Positions 57,161-64,000 of a stretch of DNA of 64,000 bases are shown here, piece by piece. The stretch is taken from NCBI GenBank assembly GCA_041690295.1, contig JAWLHR010000014.1:19664-83663 (forward strand), read 5' to 3'. A program made the position numbers and the translations under genes. This DNA comes from Bdellovibrionales bacterium. GTDB lineage: Bacteria > Bdellovibrionota > Bdellovibrionia > Bdellovibrionales > UBA1609. The notes beneath the pieces were generated by a model that was not told the DNA's origin, ran no database searches, and saw only the letters and a program-made list of their open reading frames with translations. Within the stretch, counting starts at the first letter, position 1; each line of letters begins with the position of its first letter.

Positions 57161-58269
57161 TGCAGCAGGCGACATTCTATGGGGCCGTTCCAAAGAGGGA
57201 TCCGGCGCGTGGCTTTGAGTCTTAAACCCTGGATGGATTCGCGGTTGCCACTGAGAATCCAGGCGTCCCAGTTTTTAAATTCCCGCTTCAGTGTTTGAGA
57301 GAATTCATTGAAGGTGGCTTTGGCCTTCTCCACATCATCAAGCCGCTCCCCATACGGAGGATTGGTGAGAAGAACTCCACTTTCCACGCAAGGCGCCGCC
57401 AAATCTTTGACCGCTCGTTGTTCGAAAATGATCTGTTTTTCAACGCCGGCATTTCGAGCGTTTTGTCTCGCCTTGGCGATCACCTTCGCATCGGCATCGT
57501 AACCGAATAACCGGGGTTGAACTGAAGACGGTTCCGAAGGAACGAACGAAGGTCGCGATTTGTCTTTGAATATTTTTAGCCGTTCAAATAAAAACCGCCG
57601 TTTCTGCAACAATGGGTTTCGTCCTGTGGCGATCAGCGCCGCTTCGATGAGAATGGTTCCCGATCCGCAAAACGGATCAACTAACGGCTGAGCCGGCGTC
57701 CATCCGGAGAGGCGAACCATGCCCGCCGCCACGTTTTCCCTCAAAGGCGCGAGTCCCGTTTCAAGTCGATAGCCGCGATTGGAAAGCGGCTCTCCCGTCA
57801 GATCCAAGGCCACGGACACCTTGGGGCCCACAACCCGTACGACGATTTTCAAATCAACATCATCTTCACGACCCACATCAGGCCGACCGCCGAATTTATT
57901 TCGGAATTGATCGGCCACCGCATCCTTCACCTTCATCGCCACGAAACGCTGATCGCGAAGTTTATGATGATCCCGCACATGGGCCTCGATCCGGAAGTTT
58001 TGATTCAATTCGATGTAGGAGGTGAAATCATGTTTTCGCAAGATTCCGTAATAAAGATCGTCCTCATTATAGGCGATGAACTCGATCAAAGGTTTTAAAA
58101 TCCGGGTCGCCAGCCGGGACTGGTGCAGCCGATAAAGATCATTCCAAAGGCATTCAACTTCGACGGCATCACCCCTTGGCCTGCATTTTTCAAAGCCTAG
58201 CTCTTTGAGTTCGGCGGCCAGGGGTTCGCTGAGACCACGCGATGTGACGGCCAAAAACCTCGCCATCAC
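57145..58269 (-). CDS. THUMP-domain rRNA m2G methyltransferase (RlmL-like)
   Basis: VKDAVAD, LSNRGYR, APLREN, DPFCGSGT, NPPYGER. Confidence 0.9.
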   Translation of the reverse strand: MMARFLAVTSRGLSEPLAAELKELGFEKCRPRGDAVEVECLWNDLYRLHQSRLATRILKPLIEFIAYNEDDLYYGILRKHDFTSYIELNQNFRIEAHVRDHHKLRDQRFVAMKVKDAVADQFRNKFGGRPDVGREDDVDLKIVVRVVGPKVSVALDLTGEPLSNRGYRLETGLAPLRENVAAGMVRLSGWTPAQPLVDPFCGSGTILIEAALIATGRNPLLQKRRFLFERLKIFKDKSRPSFVPSEPSSVQPRLFGYDADAKVIAKARQNARNAGVEKQIIFEQRAVKDLAAPCVESGVLLTNPPYGERLDDVEKAKATFNEFSQTLKREFKNWDAWILSGNRESIQGLRLKATRRIPLWNGPIECRLLHYSIR

Positions 58270-58538
58270 TCTTCCGAGGGCTCGTCTTGTCTCACATCCT
58301 TGAGTTCTTGATTATAGAGAGCTTTATAAACTTCTTTCTGGATGGATCGGGTGTCCGTATACAAAACCGCTTCGGGCACTTCCGAAAGAACGCGAAGGTC
58401 TTCCTCATCCGCGCCGCCGGGGTAGTTTCGCTTGGTCGGCGGGATCAAAGAACCCGCCGGGTCACGGTCGATTTCAAGCCCTTCGTCGGCCGACAGACTC
58501 AATGAAAAGAAAACTAGGATAGCCGCTATGAATTTCAT
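58266..58538 (-). CDS. Secreted hypothetical protein
   Basis: Signal peptide; RNYPGGADEEDL. Confidence 0.7.
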   Translation of the reverse strand: MKFIAAILVFFSLSLSADEGLEIDRDPAGSLIPPTKRNYPGGADEEDLRVLSEVPEAVLYTDTRSIQKEVYKALYNQELKDVRQDEPSEE

Positions 58539-58567
58539 TTGATCCTCACCAGTGTGAGTTCAGCTTA

Positions 58568-59395
58568 TCACGATTTCAAACGGCGGTGGAAGTGCATGGG
58601 AATTTGTTTTTTAACCTTCGCTATAAGATCAGCTTGAAGTTCCACAGTCTTAACACCTGGTCCACCTGACTCATCCAGTAAAACTCGGCCCCATGGGTCC
58701 ACGACCATGGAATGCCCATAGGTTTTGCGAACCGCACCGGTCTCCGACCTGTGCGCACCGGTTTGCGCCGGAGCGATGACAAAGGCCTGATTCTCGATCG
58801 CCCTCGCGCGGATAAGCACATTCCAATGCGCTTCACCTGTCGGCACCAGAAAAGCGGAAGGAATGAGGATCGCATCCACAACTCCCGCATAATGGGCGTA
58901 GAGCTCGGCGAAGCGAAGGTCGTAACAGATACTCAGGCCGAAACGCCATCCCAGGATCTCCAAAGTCTCAGGCTTTTCTCCGGGCCAAAAATGATCGGAC
59001 TCGCGGACCGGCGGCGCTCCATCAACTTCAACATCAAAAAGGTGGATCTTTGAATACACAACCTTGGCCGGTTGGCCCGGTGACCAATAGAGTGTGGCGT
59101 TCTTGGCTTTTCCCGCCTCGCCTTTTATCGGTGTCGTCAATAGCACATGCAAACCATGATCTTTGGCGGCCATCTCGATACGGCGAAACTCCTCACCACT
59201 GAGTTCAAGCGCCTGAAGGGGTTTACTGGAATCGAGGCGCATGTAAATCGTGTTCTCCGGGAAAACAATCAGCTGAGCGCCCTGTTCAGCGGCGGTTTTG
59301 ATGTGGGCCAAAACCGTGGCCAGATTTTCTTCCACCCGATCCACAGAGGTCAGCTGTGAAATCGCTATCATCAAATTTGGTTTGGAATTGGACAT
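58568..59395 (-). CDS. Carbon-nitrogen hydrolase (Nit1-like amidase)
   Basis: FPE, KIHLFD, ICYDLRF, RARAIENQ, YGHS. Confidence 0.92.
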   Translation of the reverse strand: MSNSKPNLMIAISQLTSVDRVEENLATVLAHIKTAAEQGAQLIVFPENTIYMRLDSSKPLQALELSGEEFRRIEMAAKDHGLHVLLTTPIKGEAGKAKNATLYWSPGQPAKVVYSKIHLFDVEVDGAPPVRESDHFWPGEKPETLEILGWRFGLSICYDLRFAELYAHYAGVVDAILIPSAFLVPTGEAHWNVLIRARAIENQAFVIAPAQTGAHRSETGAVRKTYGHSMVVDPWGRVLLDESGGPGVKTVELQADLIAKVKKQIPMHFHRRLKS

Positions 59396-59727
59396 TATTC
59401 CCGTGGCTTTTCCGCCGGAGTGCTCGCGGTCATCCGCGTGTTGGTGATGTCCTTACAAGCCCAATTGGATTTTTCAAGATTGGTGCGCACGTTCTCAAGA
59501 AACTTATTACAGCTTTCCAAATGGCGCCCGGAGCCGATCATCTTTTCCGAACCGAACTTGGAATAAAAGGTGGAACACATGCCTTCGCTATCGACGTGGA
59601 CACGTATTGTCCGAACTTCTTTTCGATACCGGCACATCCAATAGGACTTATTTTCAACTTCAACGGCGCCTTGCGCTAAGACGAATGCAGGAGCCATTAA
59701 GCTGAAAAAAATCAGGCCCTTAATCAA
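59395..59727 (-). CDS. Secreted hypothetical protein with 4 Cys
   Basis: Signal peptide; C..VRT.RV...C...YSK.G...C...NLEK.NW.C. Confidence 0.7.
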   Translation of the reverse strand: MIKGLIFFSLMAPAFVLAQGAVEVENKSYWMCRYRKEVRTIRVHVDSEGMCSTFYSKFGSEKMIGSGRHLESCNKFLENVRTNLEKSNWACKDITNTRMTASTPAEKPRE

Positions 59728-59768
59728 AACAAAATTCTCCCTACTTCAGGTATCGGCAAAATTTGGGC

Positions 59769-60050
59769 CTAAGTGGAGACTTTTTTTGCAGATCCAGACT
59801 TTGATTTAGTTTTTTCAGCCTTCTTTTGCGCGGCGGGTGCCTCCACCAGTTTCAAGTTGGAGTAATGGATCAGTCCCTCTTTCTTGAGAAGGCCTTCCTT
59901 CTTATCGAAGTGTGTCTGAATCCGTATACCTTGAACTCGAACCATCATGCGGCCCGGAACGACTTCCAAAACGGTGCCCTTTTTGCCTTTTTCCGCACCG
60001 GCGATGACCTGAACGGTCGAACCCTTTTTAATTTTTAACTTCATCGCCAT
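59769..60050 (-). CDS. rplX: 50S ribosomal protein L24
   Basis: KIKKGSTVQVIAGAEKGKKG (KOW); EGLIHYSN. Confidence 0.92.
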   Translation of the reverse strand: MAMKLKIKKGSTVQVIAGAEKGKKGTVLEVVPGRMMVRVQGIRIQTHFDKKEGLLKKEGLIHYSNLKLVEAPAAQKKAEKTKSKSGSAKKVST

Positions 60051-60053
60051 GGT

Positions 60054-60368
60054 TTACTCCGCTTTCTTTCTTTTTGAGGCTCCCTTGGGCTTTCTCAACT
60101 TCCGCAACATACGGGTCTTCAAACTCATGGCCCGTTTGGAGAGCTTATTATCCGGTTGATTGAGAATGAACTTGTCGAGTCCGCCCACGTGATCGATCGA
60201 GCGGATCGTGGAAGCGGCGAGCTTAAGGCTGATCATCCGCCCCAAAAGTGGACTAAATAAGCGTTTTTGTTGGACATTTGGCAAGGCCACGGATTTAGTT
60301 TTGATGTTCGAATGGCTCACCAAATTCTTAACTTCAGGCGCTTTGCCAGTCAGTTCACAGCGAGGCAT
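60054..60368 (-). CDS. rpmB: 50S ribosomal protein L28
   Basis: Start ATG 60368: MPRCELTGK..NLVSHSNIKTK..PNVQ..GGLD. Confidence 0.93.
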   Translation of the reverse strand: MPRCELTGKAPEVKNLVSHSNIKTKSVALPNVQQKRLFSPLLGRMISLKLAASTIRSIDHVGGLDKFILNQPDNKLSKRAMSLKTRMLRKLRKPKGASKRKKAE

Positions 60369-60486
60369 AAAGACTCCAAGTGAGGAATGTAAGAGCAAAA
60401 AGGGTTCTATAGTGGAAAAAGACACTTGTTGGCAACCTAAAAGCGTAATATATCTACGTGGCTTTACAGGGAAAAGGTGAATAGCA

Positions 60487-60816
60487 ATGGAAAAACACTC
60501 GGATCGAGCACAGGATACGGACCGCGACAGTGGCGAAAAGGGCCTTAAAAAGAACTACCGCTCCAAATTTCGCCCCGACTACCCTGCGGATTTTAATTTT
60601 GACTACAAAGACCCGGTGACTCTGTCCCGCTTCATTATGGAAGGCGGAAAAATCGTCCCCTCACGCATCAGTAAATTGAGCTCCGCCCAGCAGAAAAAAG
60701 TGGCCGCTGCGATTCGCAAGGCCCGCTCGCTGGCTTTGCTCCCCAATGGCACTGAAGCTTACGATAACTTCGACCGGCCGGAGATCATCTCGCCGAAGCC
60801 GTTCTCAATCGAGTAA
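60487..60816 (+). CDS. rpsR: 30S ribosomal protein S18
   Basis: [30 protein letters not shown]. Confidence 0.93.
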   Translation: MEKHSDRAQDTDRDSGEKGLKKNYRSKFRPDYPADFNFDYKDPVTLSRFIMEGGKIVPSRISKLSSAQQKKVAAAIRKARSLALLPNGTEAYDNFDRPEIISPKPFSIE

Positions 60817-60837
60817 TCTTCTAAGCTTTAAAGATTT

Positions 60838-60870
60838 ATAAAAAAGGGCATGGTGAATGCCCTTTTTTAT
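60838..60870. terminator. Bidirectional intrinsic terminator
   Basis: ATAAAAAAGGGCAT-GGTGA-ATGCCCTTTTTTAT between convergent genes. Confidence 0.85.
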
Positions 60871-61259
60871 TTTGTCCGACGCCAATAGCGAATCAGATCC
60901 AAGACCGTGGCCAATATCAGGACCAAAAACACCATCGTGGAAAGCCGGTGAAACTGTGGTCCTTCCATTCCCCAGATGCGAATGGTGGAAAATTCCTGTT
61001 CGGTATTCAAGAACCGCGCGACCATCATGGGAATTGAAATCACAAAAAGATGAACCAGAAGCGGATAAAATGAAAATAGACGTTTGAATTCCCTGCTGGC
61101 CAGCATTCGCCACAAAACGAACACGCCGAAACCGATAAAGTAGGTCCCCGCGAGAAACCCCGCGAGCAGCCGCGAATCGAACAATCGAAAAACCGTACCC
61201 GCCCATATGACGGCCAGAATTTCGAGTCCCAGGAAAACGAGAAAATCCTTTCTCTGCAT
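60867..61259 (-). CDS. Small membrane protein (about 4 TM)
   Basis: 130-aa ORF with four hydrophobic segments. Confidence 0.7.
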   Translation of the reverse strand: MQRKDFLVFLGLEILAVIWAGTVFRLFDSRLLAGFLAGTYFIGFGVFVLWRMLASREFKRLFSFYPLLVHLFVISIPMMVARFLNTEQEFSTIRIWGMEGPQFHRLSTMVFLVLILATVLDLIRYWRRTK

Positions 61260-61868
61260 TTAGGGATATCTAGCGCAATTTACGGAAAGAAGCGACATGT
61301 CCCACACTTGGTTACGCGGCAAATCTTTGGCTCCTGGCAATTCCCGCATCATTTTCTCACGGAACTGAACCCATGCGTCCGCTCCATAAAAAGATTCAAT
61401 GCGGGCTTTAAGGCGGCAGAATAGGGATATATCCGCCGTATCCAGCCAACCGAATTTGGCGTGATAGGCCTCAGGTGCTTTTTCACCCCAGGCCATTCGA
61501 ACGAGCATTTCTGTGATTTCCCAAAGTACATCTTTATGTTTAGAGATGCGCCCGGCTGCGGTCGTGCATTCCTGTGTGATTGAATCCAAATCAGTAAGAA
61601 AGATTTTAACTTCCTGAAAAAGTTCATAACAGCCGCCCGGAGAGTTGGTGGCGCGACAATGATCTCTCAATGTTTCATATCGCGTGGTTTTGATCTTTTT
61701 TGTTTTTGGATCGGTATAAAGGAAGAGCTTTTGCGATTCACGAATCACTTCCAGTTGCGAATCACAGATGGTGTGCGGCGGTTGCGAAAAGACAATAAAG
61801 AGGATTCCACCGACAATCGCCACGAAGGCGAGAAGATTCTTCGGTATAACCGCGAGAAGCCGATCCAT
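61260..61868 (-). CDS. Membrane-anchored Cys-containing hypothetical protein
   Basis: N-terminal TM, PPHTICDSQ, 6 Cys. Confidence 0.7.
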   Translation of the reverse strand: MDRLLAVIPKNLLAFVAIVGGILFIVFSQPPHTICDSQLEVIRESQKLFLYTDPKTKKIKTTRYETLRDHCRATNSPGGCYELFQEVKIFLTDLDSITQECTTAAGRISKHKDVLWEITEMLVRMAWGEKAPEAYHAKFGWLDTADISLFCRLKARIESFYGADAWVQFREKMMRELPGAKDLPRNQVWDMSLLSVNCARYP

Positions 61869-61905
61869 ACCTTATTGTGCCACAGATCTTTAGAGCGAAA
61901 AAATA

Positions 61906-61933
61906 AAAGAGCCGGCACTTGGGCCGGCTCTTT
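61906..61933 (-). terminator. Intrinsic terminator of the beta-barrel gene
   Basis: AAAGAGCCGGC-N6-GCCGGCTCTTT followed by a T-run on the minus strand. Confidence 0.85.
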
Positions 61934-61964
61934 CGCCATTCAGGATCTGAATTGAATCAGACTC

Positions 61965-63329
61965 TTAGAAAGTGGCTTTACCTTCGAGCATGATGTGCAT
62001 GACGGCATCATCCGTATTGTTGGTATTGGCGTCTTTGAAATAGTCGCCGGGAATGAAGTAGCCAACACGGAGAGTGGTTGACAAGCCACCATCGTAGTGG
62101 TGAGTCGCCCAGAGGTCGATCTCATCGCCGAGTTTGTCTTTGTCGTTAGCCTGGCTGTCCAGAAAACCGCCGTACAAACCTTGAGTGTAAGTTGCGGAAG
62201 TGGCGCTGGCCTCTGTACGCGAGAACATCGAGTACTGCAATCCAACTTGAGTGTTGTCTTGCGGTTTGAAGTTCCAGCCGAGCTGCATGTAAGTAAGGTT
62301 GCCCCAACCGAAAAGATCCATCATACCGGCGGCATTGTGCTGCTCGTAGAAGAAGGCGTCATAATTGCCGTTCTCAGTGGCGCTTTTTCCGTCGTTTCCA
62401 CTGTCTTGGTGATAGCGGAAGTGGACGCGGCTGTTCATGAAATTCTCAACCGTGTGGGCGAGTTCAGCCTGCATCATGTTGCCTTTGCCATCAATTTCAG
62501 TCTTTGCACCACCAGCGGCGATCCGCTTGAACTTGCTGTCATGAGCGGCATACCAGAGATTGAGTTCAGTGGCGTCGAAAGCGAAACCAAGCATAGCGCC
62601 GTAGCGAAGTCCATCGATTCCATCAGTGGACTGATTCATAGTCGTGGCACCGTTACCATCAATCAGGGCGTCACCGTTATTCTTAATCAAATGAACGTTC
62701 ACGGTCTTGAGCCACTCCGGCTTGGACTTAAGATCGAACACCAATCCGTACATATTGTGCTCAGGATCGCGGCTTGCAGCACCATGACCTGCTGTTTGAG
62801 GCTGAGACGGACGGGTACCCGAATCCAATTCACGAAGCTTGAAACCGAAGAATTGAATTTTTCCGAACTCAGCTTCCCAGTTCAAGAGAAGACCGTCATA
62901 CGAGTAGGGCATTTGTTGCCAGTCATTGACGCCCATCACAAAGCCATCGGCGAAGCCATAGTTCTGACGGCCCAGTTGCATGGACAATTCAGAAACCGGC
63001 ATCCAGCGCAGATAAGCTTCATTAACATTCAAAAATTGGGGATTGTCAGTGACCGGATTGCCATCAACTTGTTGGCCCCAATTTCCATTGTAAAGCAATG
63101 AAGCATGTCCGGAGATTTGCTCATTGGCTTTATAGTGCAAATCGCCTTTGAAGCGATGCTGGCCGAATCCGTTGGTGCCAAATTCTTTTTCGTTGGCACC
63201 CGGGTTTTGCATTAAGAAATAACGAACGCGAAGTTCAGCGTTGGTGCTGAATTCGGTTTTGCCGGTATCTTGCGCGTTGGCCGTGGGCATGAACGCCACG
63301 AGCGCCGCGACTGCGAGTAGTCTTCTCAT
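61965..63329 (-). CDS. Alginate-export-like outer membrane beta-barrel
   Basis: Start ATG 63329 after AGGAG; signal peptide; ELRVRY, NEAY, LGRQ, GDEIDL; terminal Phe. Confidence 0.82.
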   Translation of the reverse strand: MRRLLAVAALVAFMPTANAQDTGKTEFSTNAELRVRYFLMQNPGANEKEFGTNGFGQHRFKGDLHYKANEQISGHASLLYNGNWGQQVDGNPVTDNPQFLNVNEAYLRWMPVSELSMQLGRQNYGFADGFVMGVNDWQQMPYSYDGLLLNWEAEFGKIQFFGFKLRELDSGTRPSQPQTAGHGAASRDPEHNMYGLVFDLKSKPEWLKTVNVHLIKNNGDALIDGNGATTMNQSTDGIDGLRYGAMLGFAFDATELNLWYAAHDSKFKRIAAGGAKTEIDGKGNMMQAELAHTVENFMNSRVHFRYHQDSGNDGKSATENGNYDAFFYEQHNAAGMMDLFGWGNLTYMQLGWNFKPQDNTQVGLQYSMFSRTEASATSATYTQGLYGGFLDSQANDKDKLGDEIDLWATHHYDGGLSTTLRVGYFIPGDYFKDANTNNTDDAVMHIMLEGKATF

Positions 63330-63779
63330 TGCGAGACTCCTTTTGTTGTTATCTTTGTTGTTTTCCCAAATCGTTTTTGTTTTCAAAGTTGCCCTTGTCG
63401 TATCCTAGTCCAAAGTCCGTGCCTAGGTTTCCTCACAGTGTCAATCACTAGAGGCAGTGCTCGACTCGTCCAGGACGTTTGTTGCATTACAACGCAGTTA
63501 GCTAATCCTAAAAATCGATTTAGAAAAATTGCAATCAAAAATTCCACCGCACATTAGGGCGCGTCAAAAGCCGGGGATCAAAAGATTTTCTACAAATTGA
63601 AGTGGGAGACAAAAACTCACATCTTGAGTTGCAACTGTGTTCTAGCGGCCACAAAATCCATTAAAAGTCAGACTAAAGTCGCCGGGATTGCGAAGATTGC
63701 TTGCCAAATAATCAAATCTTCGCCTTCGCCTTTTCTCGCCGACTGCGATAGAAGGTGGTAATTAATAAGACTCGCCAAT

Positions 63780-63856
63780 CGGGGAGTAGCGCAGTCCGGT
63801 AGCGCATCTGCTTTGGGAGCAGAGGGTCGCAGGTTCAAATCCTGTCTCCCCGACCA
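63780..63856 (+). tRNA. tRNA-Pro (TGG)
   Basis: CGGGGAG...CTCCCCG acceptor stem with ACCA; anticodon arm TCTGC-TTTGGGA-GCAGA; GGTTCAAATCC T-loop. Confidence 0.97.
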
Positions 63857-63887
63857 ATTTCGGTTGGGGTCCATTCCGGACACATAG

Positions 63888-63924
63888 GGTTCTGGTTCTC
63901 TGGTTCTCTGGTTCTCTTCGGTTC
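63888..63924 (+). repeat. Short tandem repeat (TGGTTCTC)x3 with partial flanks
   Basis: Exact copies at 63893, 63901 and 63909. Confidence 0.75.
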
Positions 63925-64000
63925 GTGGTGGGTCATTGTCAAAAATCAACTAAGCACAAGCATTTAGGTATCTAAGTCTATAAAATTTAAAGCTTTTAAC

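Noticed and set aside
62097..63101. 334-aa plus-strand ORF
   Set aside because: Antisense shadow of the beta-barrel gene.

Overview
A 64 kb bacterial chromosomal segment with dense gene packing. The gene content suggests Bdellovibrionota (inference from many Cys-rich secreted hypotheticals, a TolQ/ExbD gliding-type triplet, an mtEFG1-like EF-G, and rpmB-rplX/rpsR outside their usual operons). Most genes are housekeeping or stress genes: oxyR-ahpC-ahpD, dsbD, pyrC, pyrE, fusA-dcd, topA, tex, infA, lpxD-metG, aat, recQ, 2-oxoacid dehydrogenase E1, an S41 protease, a selenouridine pair (mnmH plus a fused selD), Ku-LigD NHEJ and tRNA-Pro(TGG). Best leads: (1) a module at 53.0-57.2 kb with an orphan family-5 solute-binding protein coupled to a membrane histidine kinase that is split by one extra base in a T8 tract, plus a divergent MFS transporter; (2) a stand-alone HUH/Y1 (RAYT-like) transposase flanked by short GC-rich repeats and palindromes; (3) two small ORFs missed by the ORF track, each behind a sigma54-type promoter; (4) an ankyrin lipoprotein followed by two Bor-like lipoproteins; (5) a CxxC-less thioredoxin-fold / TolB-like propeller operon upstream of the TolQ-ExbD genes. 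No CRISPR array, rRNA, integrase or prophage was seen. All calls come from reading motifs by eye; no searches were run.
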